A stretch of DNA of 33,070 bases from the sequence record DRR723986_4708; one strand, written 5' to 3'. The position numbers and the translations under genes were made by a program. The notes under the pieces are model-generated. The model was not told the origin of the DNA. It searched no databases and saw nothing but the letters and a program-made list of their open reading frames with translations. Below, in pieces: positions 25,622 to 33,070 of this stretch (the stretch's first letter is position 1; every line of letters begins with the position of its first letter).

Positions 25622-26950
25622 CTACAGGAAAACCGTGACGAACCCGGGCTGCAACGCCACCAGGATCAGGACGGCCAGCATGACGGCAATGAAGGGCAGC
25701 GTTGCGGCAAAGATCTGCTCGACCGATACGTCGGGATCGTTCAGCGTGTTGTGCACCGTGAAGACAGAGATGCCGAAGGGTGGCGTCAGAAGCCCGATCT
25801 CGACCGCGATCACCGTCACGATACCGAAGTGCATCAGGTCCAGCCCCATGCCCTGCGCGATGGGTGCGGCGATGGGCACCATGATCAGCAGGATCGAGGT
25901 GCTGTCGAGGATCATCCCCATCAGCAGGATCAGCGCCGCGTAGAAGAACATGAACCCCAGCGGCCCGAAGCCAGAGTCCGAGACCAGCCCGGCAATCGCG
26001 TTGGGCAGTCCGGCAATCGCCAGCATCCGCGAATAGAACGAGGCCGCGATCAGCAGCAGCAGGATCGAGACCGAGATCACGCCGGTCTGCTTCATCACCT
26101 GCCACAGCTTGTGCCGGTCGAGGCTGCGCCGCGACAGCGCCACCATCAGCGCGCCGAAGGCTCCGACGCCGCCCGCCTCGGTGGGTGTGAAGAAGCCGGT
26201 ATAAAGCCCGCCCAGCACGAGGATCACCAGCGCGATGATCGGGATCAGCTTGCGGATCATCTCGCCCAGCGGCATCGGGACGTGGCTGCGGTCCAGCCTG
26301 CGCGCGCGGCTGTTTTCGGGATCGGTCAGCACGAAGCCCGGCGCGATCATGGTGATCGCCACCAGCATCACGACGAAGCCGCCCGCCAGCATGATCCCCG
26401 GCACGATCCCCGCGATGAACATGCCGCCGATGGAGACCTCGGCCAGCACGCCGTAGATGATCAGCAAGAGGCTCGGCGGGATCAGCATACCCAAAACGGA
26501 AGAGCCCGCGACGGTGCCTGCGGAAAAGGCGGGCCGATAGCCGTGGCGCGTCATCTCGGGCACCGCGACGCGGGTGAAGACCGCCGCCGAGGCGATGGAG
26601 ACGCCGGTGACGGCGGCAAAGACGGTGTTCGCGGCGACCGTGGCCACGCCCAGCCCGCAGATCATGCGGCGCAACAGTTCCTCGGCCACGGCGAAGGTGT
26701 CGCGCCCGACATTCGAGACGCTGACCAAGAGGCCCATCAGCACGAACAGCGGGATGGTGGCAAAGAGGTAGTCGGCGATGCCGGAATAGGCTGTCAGCTC
26801 CAGCATCCGGAAGGCAAGGCCAAGGTTGTCGCGGATGATCCAGATGCCCACGAAGGCCACGGAGAAGAGCGCGTAGGCGATCTGCATGCCCAGCAGAACA
26901 AGCACGATCAGCACGGCGATGAGGATGAAGCCGATGGTCAGGGTCGTCAT
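25622..26950 (-). CDS. dctM: TRAP transporter large permease DctM
   Basis: ATG at 26950; motifs TIPLFVLMG, LGMLIPPS, GFFTPTEAG, EIGLLTPPFG. Confidence 0.94.
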   Translation of the reverse strand: MTTLTIGFILIAVLIVLVLLGMQIAYALFSVAFVGIWIIRDNLGLAFRMLELTAYSGIADYLFATIPLFVLMGLLVSVSNVGRDTFAVAEELLRRMICGLGVATVAANTVFAAVTGVSIASAAVFTRVAVPEMTRHGYRPAFSAGTVAGSSVLGMLIPPSLLLIIYGVLAEVSIGGMFIAGIVPGIMLAGGFVVMLVAITMIAPGFVLTDPENSRARRLDRSHVPMPLGEMIRKLIPIIALVILVLGGLYTGFFTPTEAGGVGAFGALMVALSRRSLDRHKLWQVMKQTGVISVSILLLLIAASFYSRMLAIAGLPNAIAGLVSDSGFGPLGFMFFYAALILLMGMILDSTSILLIMVPIAAPIAQGMGLDLMHFGIVTVIAVEIGLLTPPFGISVFTVHNTLNDPDVSVEQIFAATLPFIAVMLAVLILVALQPGFVTVFL

Positions 26951-27510
26951 TGCGCCGCCTTCATGGTCTTGAGTTCCAGTGTCAGACGGTAGAGCGCGGC
27001 GAGGCTTGCGGTCGCGGCCCCCAGCACCGTGATGCCCCGGAAGGGCCATGTCGGGATGGTCCAGACACCCTGCACGCCGAAGAATTCGGCGCTGGTCCAT
27101 GCGTCGGCGAACTTGGGCCAGGACGCCCAGACCACCAGCGCGAAGACCACGGCGCCGGTCAGGCAGAAGGCGGCCTCGAGCAGGGCGACCGCGCGGGGCG
27201 AGGCGCGTTCGATCCGGCGCACGAGGAAATCGGCGCGGGTCAGGCGGCGTTGCAGGATCGCCGCCGGGACCTGCAGGAAGACGATGGCCACCACCGTGCG
27301 TGCCGCGATCTCGGACACGCCGGTGATCGGCAGGTCCAGCGTATTGCGCCCGATCACGTCGGCCACGATCAGCAGCATAAGCGCCCCGATCGCGGCCGTA
27401 CCCACCGCCGACATGGCCGCGGCGGCGCTGCCGAGGGCCGCGCCGAAGGGGGCCTCGGAAAAGGCCGGGACGAAGGCGTCGTCGGTCGGGGCAGAGGTGT
27501 CGTCGCTCAT
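26947..27510 (-). CDS. dctQ: TRAP transporter small permease DctQ
   Basis: ATG at 27510; four hydrophobic segments and DVIGR...PITGVSEI; stop overlaps the dctM start. Confidence 0.88.
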   Translation of the reverse strand: MSDDTSAPTDDAFVPAFSEAPFGAALGSAAAAMSAVGTAAIGALMLLIVADVIGRNTLDLPITGVSEIAARTVVAIVFLQVPAAILQRRLTRADFLVRRIERASPRAVALLEAAFCLTGAVVFALVVWASWPKFADAWTSAEFFGVQGVWTIPTWPFRGITVLGAATASLAALYRLTLELKTMKAAQ

Positions 27511-27534
27511 GGGGGGCGTGCCTTGCTCGGAGGA

Positions 27535-27563
27535 GTCAGCCCGACCTCGGAGGCCGGGCCGAC
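27535..27563 (-). terminator. Stem-loop after dctP
   Basis: Minus strand GTCGGCCCGGCCT-CCG-AGGTCGGGCTGAC, a 13-bp stem with two G-U pairs. Confidence 0.5.
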
Positions 27564-27590
27564 GTTTGTCATGCCTGTCAGGGGAGGGTC

Positions 27591-28646
27591 TCAGAGACCC
27601 TCGGCCCAGTTGCGCGCGGGCGTCGCACCCCGTTCCGCGAGAGCGTCGAAATAGGCCTTGAGCACCACCTTGCCCGCCTCGCCGGTCTGTTCCAGCCAAG
27701 GCTCCACGATGTTCGGCAGCCCCTCGACCCACTTGGCCTTCTCCTCTTCGGGCAGCGTGTGCACGGTCAAGCCTGCCTCCTGCATCTCGTCCAGCGCGCG
27801 CGCAGCCAGATCGGCGACATAATCGCCATGCGCCGCCGAGGTCGCCTTTGCCGCCTCCCGGAAGGCTTCTTGCACCGGAGCGGGCAGCCCCTCGAAGAAG
27901 TCCTTGTTGGCCGCGATCCCGCCGAAATACATCGACCCGATGCCGACGCGGGTCAGTTCGGGGGCCACCTCGTAGACGCGGGTGGGCAGGATGCCCGAGG
28001 CGAAGGACAGGGTGCCCTCGGTCACGCCGGTCTGGATGTTGGTGTAATAGGTCGTCAGCGCGCCATCGACCGGAGTCGCCCCGGTTTCGCGCAGCCAGTT
28101 GGCCGAGGTGCCCGGCGCGTTCAGCTTGCGGTTCTGCAGGTCGCCCATCGTCTCGACGGGAAAGGTCGCGTAGATGTCGTAGCTGTCGGTGATCAGCGAG
28201 GACAGGTGCACCATGCCGTTCTCAGCCCATGAGTCCTTCAACTCCGGCAGGTTCTCGGAGAGGTCGTCGAAGATCTCGATGATCATGCGGTGGTCTTCGG
28301 TCGCGAAGGGCGTGAAATAGGTCACGTTCTGAAGCGGCATGTTCGCGCCTTCCCAGACCGTGCCGACCATGCCCACGTCGACGATGCCGTCCATCACCGC
28401 CTCGCGCGTGTCGGTGAACTTATAAAGCGTGCCCGCGTAGTTCTCGACCCAGTCGACCTGATACTCGCCCGCCTCTTCGAGGATGCGGTTCACCTCTGGC
28501 TGAAAGGTGTTCTTCATCGCGTAGACCCAGATGTTGGCTTCGGGGTGCGATGAGCCGATGTTGACGGTGATGCTGTCCTGCGCGAAAGCCGCGCTTCCCA
28601 GCAGCATGGCAAGCGCCGTGGTTCCGGCAAATCCCTTGATGGTCAT
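27591..28646 (-). CDS. dctP: TRAP transporter substrate-binding protein DctP
   Basis: Signal peptide ending AFA-Q; motifs GIVDVG, GATPV, IQTGVTEG, YEVAP; upstream of dctQM. Confidence 0.9.
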   Translation of the reverse strand: MTIKGFAGTTALAMLLGSAAFAQDSITVNIGSSHPEANIWVYAMKNTFQPEVNRILEEAGEYQVDWVENYAGTLYKFTDTREAVMDGIVDVGMVGTVWEGANMPLQNVTYFTPFATEDHRMIIEIFDDLSENLPELKDSWAENGMVHLSSLITDSYDIYATFPVETMGDLQNRKLNAPGTSANWLRETGATPVDGALTTYYTNIQTGVTEGTLSFASGILPTRVYEVAPELTRVGIGSMYFGGIAANKDFFEGLPAPVQEAFREAAKATSAAHGDYVADLAARALDEMQEAGLTVHTLPEEEKAKWVEGLPNIVEPWLEQTGEAGKVVLKAYFDALAERGATPARNWAEGL

Positions 28647-28698
28647 GGTGGTCTCCTCCCTGGTGCGGGACGCGCCCTGTGGGCGGCCCCTTCTTGGT

Positions 28699-31080
28699 TC
28701 AGTCCGTTATCGTCCCCAGCGCACGCAGGATGCGTTCCGGCGTGAAGGGCATTTCCGTCACCTGCGCCCCAAGCGGGCGCAGCGCGTCGTTGATCGCGTT
28801 CATCACGGCGGCGGGCGCGCCAGCGGTGCCGGCCTCCCCTGCCCCCTTGGCGCCCAGTTCGCTTTCGCCGGTGGGTGTTTCGACGTGGTCGATCATCATG
28901 TCCGGCATCTCTGCCGCCATGGGCACGAGGTAGTCGGCCATTGAGCCGTTGAGCAGCTGGCCGTCGCTGTCGTAGTGGATCTCTTCGAAGAGCGCGCCGC
29001 CGAGGCCCTGCACGATGCCGCCCCGGATCTGTTCGTCGACAAGCTGCGGATTGATGACCCGCCCGCAATCCTCCACGCACCAGTGTTTCAGCAGGGTGAC
29101 GACGCCGGTATCGGTATCGACCTCGACGTAAGAGGCCTGCACACCGTTGGTGAAGGCGAAGGGGTATTCCGAGGTGATGAAGTGCCGGGTCTGCACCAAT
29201 TCGCGCGGCAGACCCTTGGGCAGGGTGTCGCCGCGGAAATAGACAATGCGGCCCAGCTCCTCAAGCGCCAGCCGTTCGGCCCCGCTGTCCGCGTCCACCA
29301 CCTGCCCGTCCCGGATGTCGAGCGCGCCCGCATCCGCCTGCAACATGGCCGCGGCGACTTTGAGGATCGAGTCCCGCAGCGCCCGCGCCGCCTGAAGTGC
29401 TGCTTCGCCGCCGATGCCCGCCCCGCGAGAGGCCCACGTGCCGCCGCCATAGGGCGTGACCTGCGTGTCGCCGGTGATGATCCGCACGGTGGAGGGCGAG
29501 ACGCCCACGCCCTCGGCGACGATCTGGCTCAGCATGGCTTCGGTGCCCTGCCCCTGCTCGGTCACACCCGACAACGCGACGATGGAGCCGTCGGGGTCCA
29601 TCCGCACCGTGCAGCCATCCTGCGCCGAGATCCGCGCCCCGCCGATGCCGTACATGAAGGGCGAGGGGTTGGTCAGCTCGATGAACGAGGCGATGCCGAT
29701 GCCGCGCCGCTTGCCCTGCTTCAGCGCCTCGGCCTGATCGGCCCGCAGCGCGTCGTAGTCCATCATCGCCACCAGCTTGTCCATCGAGGCATGGTGCGAC
29801 AGACCCTCGAAGCGCATCTTGGCGGGCGAGGTCACGGGATAGGCGTCGTCGGCGTACATGTTGCGGCGCCGGATCTCGACGGGGTCCATGCCCAGCTCGG
29901 CCGCCGCCATGTCCACGAGGCCCTCGGTGATCGCCACGGCGATGGGGTGGCCCACCGCGCGATACTGGCAGGTCGGCGTCTTGTTCTGGAAGACCACCGT
30001 CGTCTGCGCGCGGTAGTTGGCGAAATCGTAGGGCCCGCCACAGAGGTTCACCACCTGGTTGCCCTCGATGGCCGAGGTGCGGGGGTAGACGCTGTAGGGA
30101 CCGATGCCGGTCCAGTCGTCCACGTCGATGGCGAGGATCCTGCCCTCGGCGTCCACCGCGATCTTCGCCTCGATCTCATGATCGCGGGCGTGGATGTCGG
30201 TGGAGAAGCTCTCCAGCCGGTCGGCGATGAACTTGACGGGGCGGTTCATCACCTTGGCAATCGCCGCCGTCGCCACCTCGTCGGGGTAGACGTGGACCTT
30301 GATCCCGTAAGAGCCGCCCACGTCCCCGCAGATCACCCGCACGCGGCTTTCCGGCAGGTCGAGATGCGTGGCCAGCACCGTCTGGATCATGTGTGGCGCC
30401 TGCGTGGCATGGTAGGCCGTCATCTGCCCCTCGGCGGGGTTCCAGTCCACAAGGATGGAGCGCGGCTCCAGCGTCACGCCGGTGTGGCGCGCGGTGCGGA
30501 AGCGGGCCGTGACGACCTTGTGGGCCTGCGCCATGGCGGCATCGACATCGCCCTCTTCGTGCAGGCGGCGGAAGGCGAGGTTGTCACCAAGGTCCGGGTG
30601 GATCACCGGGGTGTCCGCGTGCAAGGCCGTCATGGTGTCGGTGACCGTCGGCAGCGGATCGTAATCCACGTCCACCAGCGCCGCGCCATCCTCTGCGGCG
30701 GCACGGGTCGAGGCCACGACCGCGACCACCGGCTCTCCGACCCAGGCGGCGCGGTCCACCGCAAGGGCGTGCTGCGGCGCCGACTTCAGCCCCTTCAGAT
30801 GCGCCAGAACCCCGACCCACGGCGTGCAATGCTGCGCCAGTTCAGCGCCGGTGAAGATGCGAAGCACGCCCTTCACCGCCTGCGCATCCCCGATGTCGAT
30901 GCTGTTGATCCGCGCGTGGGCGAATGGAGAACGGACGAAGGCCACATGCACCATGCGCGGCAGAACGATGTCGTCCACATAACGCCCCCGGCCCTGCACC
31001 AGCTTGCCCGCGTTGGGGCGCGGCACGGTCTTGCCGATGTAGGAATTGGGTCGGTCGGGGTTTCCGAAGGCGATGGTCAT
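28699..31080 (-). CDS. Xanthine dehydrogenase family molybdopterin-binding large subunit (CoxL-like, not a form I CO dehydrogenase)
   Basis: ATG at 31080. Motifs GRGRYVDD, TQAPH, VGGSYGIK, QYRAVG loop, QGQGTE, DCGRVINP, GAKGAGEAG. Confidence 0.93.
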   Translation of the reverse strand: MTIAFGNPDRPNSYIGKTVPRPNAGKLVQGRGRYVDDIVLPRMVHVAFVRSPFAHARINSIDIGDAQAVKGVLRIFTGAELAQHCTPWVGVLAHLKGLKSAPQHALAVDRAAWVGEPVVAVVASTRAAAEDGAALVDVDYDPLPTVTDTMTALHADTPVIHPDLGDNLAFRRLHEEGDVDAAMAQAHKVVTARFRTARHTGVTLEPRSILVDWNPAEGQMTAYHATQAPHMIQTVLATHLDLPESRVRVICGDVGGSYGIKVHVYPDEVATAAIAKVMNRPVKFIADRLESFSTDIHARDHEIEAKIAVDAEGRILAIDVDDWTGIGPYSVYPRTSAIEGNQVVNLCGGPYDFANYRAQTTVVFQNKTPTCQYRAVGHPIAVAITEGLVDMAAAELGMDPVEIRRRNMYADDAYPVTSPAKMRFEGLSHHASMDKLVAMMDYDALRADQAEALKQGKRRGIGIASFIELTNPSPFMYGIGGARISAQDGCTVRMDPDGSIVALSGVTEQGQGTEAMLSQIVAEGVGVSPSTVRIITGDTQVTPYGGGTWASRGAGIGGEAALQAARALRDSILKVAAAMLQADAGALDIRDGQVVDADSGAERLALEELGRIVYFRGDTLPKGLPRELVQTRHFITSEYPFAFTNGVQASYVEVDTDTGVVTLLKHWCVEDCGRVINPQLVDEQIRGGIVQGLGGALFEEIHYDSDGQLLNGSMADYLVPMAAEMPDMMIDHVETPTGESELGAKGAGEAGTAGAPAAVMNAINDALRPLGAQVTEMPFTPERILRALGTITD

Positions 31081-31577
31081 GACTTGCCCTTCCCGGCGCG
31101 TGCCCGCGCCACCTCTTCGACCACGTCCACGATGGCCTCGTAGCCGGTGCAGCGGCAGTAGTTGCCGGACAGATGTTCCCGGATCTCGGGGCGCGAGGGC
31201 ACGCCGCCCGCGCCCAGCAGATCCTCGATGGCGACGATCATGCCCGGCGTGCAGAAGCCGCATTGCAGCGCGTTGCGCGCCACGAAAGCCTCTTGCAGGT
31301 CGGTGATGGAGCCCAAATCCGTCAGCCCCTCGACGGTCCAGACCTCGGACCCGTCCGCCTGCGCGGCCAAGGTCAGGCAGCCACGCACCGCTTGCCCGTC
31401 CACGCGCACGGTGCAGGCACCGCAGACGCCATGTTCACAGCTTGCGTGGGCGCCGGTCAGTCCGACCTCTGTCCGCAGAAAGTCGATCAGGTGCTGGCCG
31501 GCAGGCACGCGAGCCTCGACCACCTCGCCGTTCACCGTCAGTGCGACGTCGACCCTGTCGCGAAACGCCTGCGTCAT
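31077..31577 (-). CDS. 2x[2Fe-2S] small subunit (CoxS-like)
   Basis: ATG at 31577; motifs CEHGVCGAC...C, QCGFCTPG and GNYCRCTGY. Confidence 0.94.
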   Translation of the reverse strand: MTQAFRDRVDVALTVNGEVVEARVPAGQHLIDFLRTEVGLTGAHASCEHGVCGACTVRVDGQAVRGCLTLAAQADGSEVWTVEGLTDLGSITDLQEAFVARNALQCGFCTPGMIVAIEDLLGAGGVPSRPEIREHLSGNYCRCTGYEAIVDVVEEVARARAGKGKS

Positions 31578-32407
31578 GTCTTTTCTCCCTCGATCCGCGC
31601 CATGGCGCGGCGCAGCAGAACCCCGGCAAGGTGCCGCCGGTAACTGCTGCTTGCCTGAGTGTCGGACGGCGGGTCGATATCGCCGCGCAGCGCCTCGACC
31701 GCGCCGTCCACGTCGCCGGCGTCCAGCGCCGCCATGGCGCCCCGCGCCAGCACCGGCACGGGCCCCGCGGAAAACAGCGTCACCCGGTGGCCCGTGTCCC
31801 GCCGCACGAGACAAAGACCGGTCAGCGCGTAGTCACCCGAACGGCGCGCGACCTCCTGGATCACCTGCTGCTCCCCTGCCCCGGCCTTGGGGACCGAGAT
31901 TTCCACCAGCATCTCGCCCTCGTCGAGCGCCGTGGTGAAGACGTCCTCGAAGAAATCCTCCGCCGCGATCTGTCGCTCTCCTTCCGGCCCGCGCACATGC
32001 AGCGTGGCGCCGAGGGCAAGGATGCAGGCCGGAAACTCGGCCGCCGGGTCCGCATGAGCCAGCGCACCGCCAATCGTGCCCCGGTTGCGGATCGCCGCGT
32101 GGGCAATGTATTCGACGGCCTCTGTCAGAAGCGGCGCATGGGCGCGGATCAACGGATCGGCCCCCACCTCGGCGTGCCGGGTCAAGGCGCCGATGCGCAG
32201 GTGATCGCCTTCTTCCCTTACGCCGCGCAGGTCGGCGATGCGCGAGATGTCGATCAGCATGTCGCCTTCGGAGAGGCGCATGTTCATCGCCGCCACCAGA
32301 CTCTGCCCGCCTGCAAGGAAGCGGCCCGCACCTTCTGACGCGGCCATCAGGTCCAGCGCATGAGCCACGTCTGTGGCCCGGGCGTAGCCGCCCGCGGATG
32401 CCTTCAT
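31574..32407 (-). CDS. FAD-binding medium subunit (CoxM-like)
   Basis: Motifs LAGGQSL, IRNRGTIGGALAHADPAAE and RRSGDYA; GGAGGA upstream. Confidence 0.93.
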   Translation of the reverse strand: MKASAGGYARATDVAHALDLMAASEGAGRFLAGGQSLVAAMNMRLSEGDMLIDISRIADLRGVREEGDHLRIGALTRHAEVGADPLIRAHAPLLTEAVEYIAHAAIRNRGTIGGALAHADPAAEFPACILALGATLHVRGPEGERQIAAEDFFEDVFTTALDEGEMLVEISVPKAGAGEQQVIQEVARRSGDYALTGLCLVRRDTGHRVTLFSAGPVPVLARGAMAALDAGDVDGAVEALRGDIDPPSDTQASSSYRRHLAGVLLRRAMARIEGEKT

Positions 32408-32445
32408 GGTTGTGTCCTCCCGTCACGGGCGCCGCGCCATTGCGC

Positions 32446-32488
32446 TTAGTGATCGCCCGCTCACTCCTGTTGAGCAGATGATCAATAA
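32446..32488. promoter_or_regulatory. Two TGA-N8-TCA dyads in inverted orientation; candidate TetR operators
   Basis: AGTGATCGCCCGCTCACT (32448-32465) and TTGAGCAGATGATCAA (32470-32485) in the divergent gap. Confidence 0.55.
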
Positions 32489-32554
32489 ATCGGTTCGCAT
32501 TTCAAGAGAAATTTGTAGACTGTCGCCGAAGACAGGCTTTCAGGGACAAGAGCG

Positions 32555-33070
32555 TTGGCGACAAAAGCGTTGAATGGCAGCGATGTGCCCCCCCGCAGGA
32601 GGCTTCCTCCGCAAGAGCGGCGCGAGCAGATCGTGGACGAAGCGGTGCGCTTCTTCGCCGATGTCGGTCTGGAGGGAAACACGCGCCAGCTGGCCAAGCG
32701 TCTGGGCGTGACGCAATCGCTTCTTTTCAAGTACTTCGCCACCAAGGAGGAACTGCTCGAAGCGGTGTACGATCGGGTTTACCTCGACCGCCTTTCGGCC
32801 GATTGGCCAGACCGTCTGACCGACCGCTCGGTGCCCCTGCGGTCCCGCCTTCTGGCGTTCTACTCCGAATACAGCGCGCTGATCTTCCAGAACGCCTGGA
32901 TGCGGATCTTCATGTTCTCCGGCCTTGCGGGGGCAGAGCTGAATCGCCGCTACCTTGCCCATCTCGGGGAAGTGATTCTCAAACCCATGCTCGCCGAGAC
33001 CGCCGCGGAGGGGTCCGGCACGCGCAGTCCGACGATGGAGGATATCTGGAACCTGCACGGCGGCATCGTC
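32555..33070 (+). CDS. TetR/AcrR-family transcriptional regulator (3' end beyond window; start codon uncertain)
   Basis: Manual translation, open to the window edge: RRRLPPQERREQIVDEAVRFFADVGLEGNTRQLAKRLGVTQSLLFKYFATKEEL. TTG at 32555 taken as start. Not in the ORF track. Confidence 0.9.
   Translation, partial: MATKALNGSDVPPRRRLPPQERREQIVDEAVRFFADVGLEGNTRQLAKRLGVTQSLLFKYFATKEELLEAVYDRVYLDRLSADWPDRLTDRSVPLRSRLLAFYSEYSALIFQNAWMRIFMFSGLAGAELNRRYLAHLGEVILKPMLAETAAEGSGTRSPTMEDIWNLHGGIV

Noticed and set aside
4137-31143. Long antisense or alternate-frame ORFs in the track (e.g. 4137-5600, 6307-8007, 10084-11709, 16354-17868, 20857-22578, 25445-26992, 28975-31143)
   Set aside because: They overlap well-supported genes and show no family motifs; they are the shadow ORFs expected in high-GC DNA.
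727-31814. N-terminal extensions in the ORF track (e.g. 727-2076, 2392-3369, 9077-10651, 16207-17910, 22395-23552, 25161-26105, 31077-31814) read as fusion proteins
   Set aside because: The extensions overlap upstream genes; downstream ATGs with an RBS or stop-start overlap give normal family lengths.
28699-32407. Aerobic carbon monoxide dehydrogenase (coxMSL)
   Set aside because: Gene order is M-S-L, but the large subunit lacks the AYRCSFR Cu-binding loop and no cox accessory genes are present.
1-33070. rRNA, tRNA or known riboswitch
   Set aside because: None recognised in the intergenic regions by eye; an Rfam/tRNAscan search would be needed to exclude them formally.

Overview
High-GC alphaproteobacterial DNA (Rhodobacterales-like by gene content; inference) made almost entirely of accessory catabolic and transport modules. 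(1) 1-14874: a LysR gene divergent from a minus-strand run of RraA/HMG-aldolase-like protein, D-2-hydroxyacid dehydrogenase, TTT transporter (tctB-tctA-tctC), exported DUF6282-like metallohydrolase, AcnA-type aconitase, a second 2-hydroxyacid dehydrogenase, a two-subunit class I fumarase/tartrate-dehydratase-like Fe-S hydro-lyase, a small secreted hypothetical protein and a second TTT (tctC-tctB-tctA, cut by the window edge). Both Fe-S hydro-lyases keep their cluster ligands but have altered substrate-contact motifs. This is the best candidate for an undescribed organic-acid catabolic pathway. (2) About 14960-15073: a decayed IS3/IS407-type transposase fragment at the module junction. (3) 15620-22255: DeoR, a CUT2 sugar ABC transporter, araD and an araB-like kinase, with no isomerase. 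(4) 22395-23923: TauE/SafE permease and divergent FadR/GntR regulator. (5) 24130-25406: rhomboid protease and ccdAB toxin-antitoxin pair. (6) 25622-33070: TetR divergent from a three-subunit (M-S-L) xanthine-dehydrogenase-family molybdoenzyme plus a TRAP transporter whose binding protein appears to lack the carboxylate-binding Arg. I saw no rRNA, tRNA or CRISPR array. All family calls come from motif recognition by eye; no database search was run.
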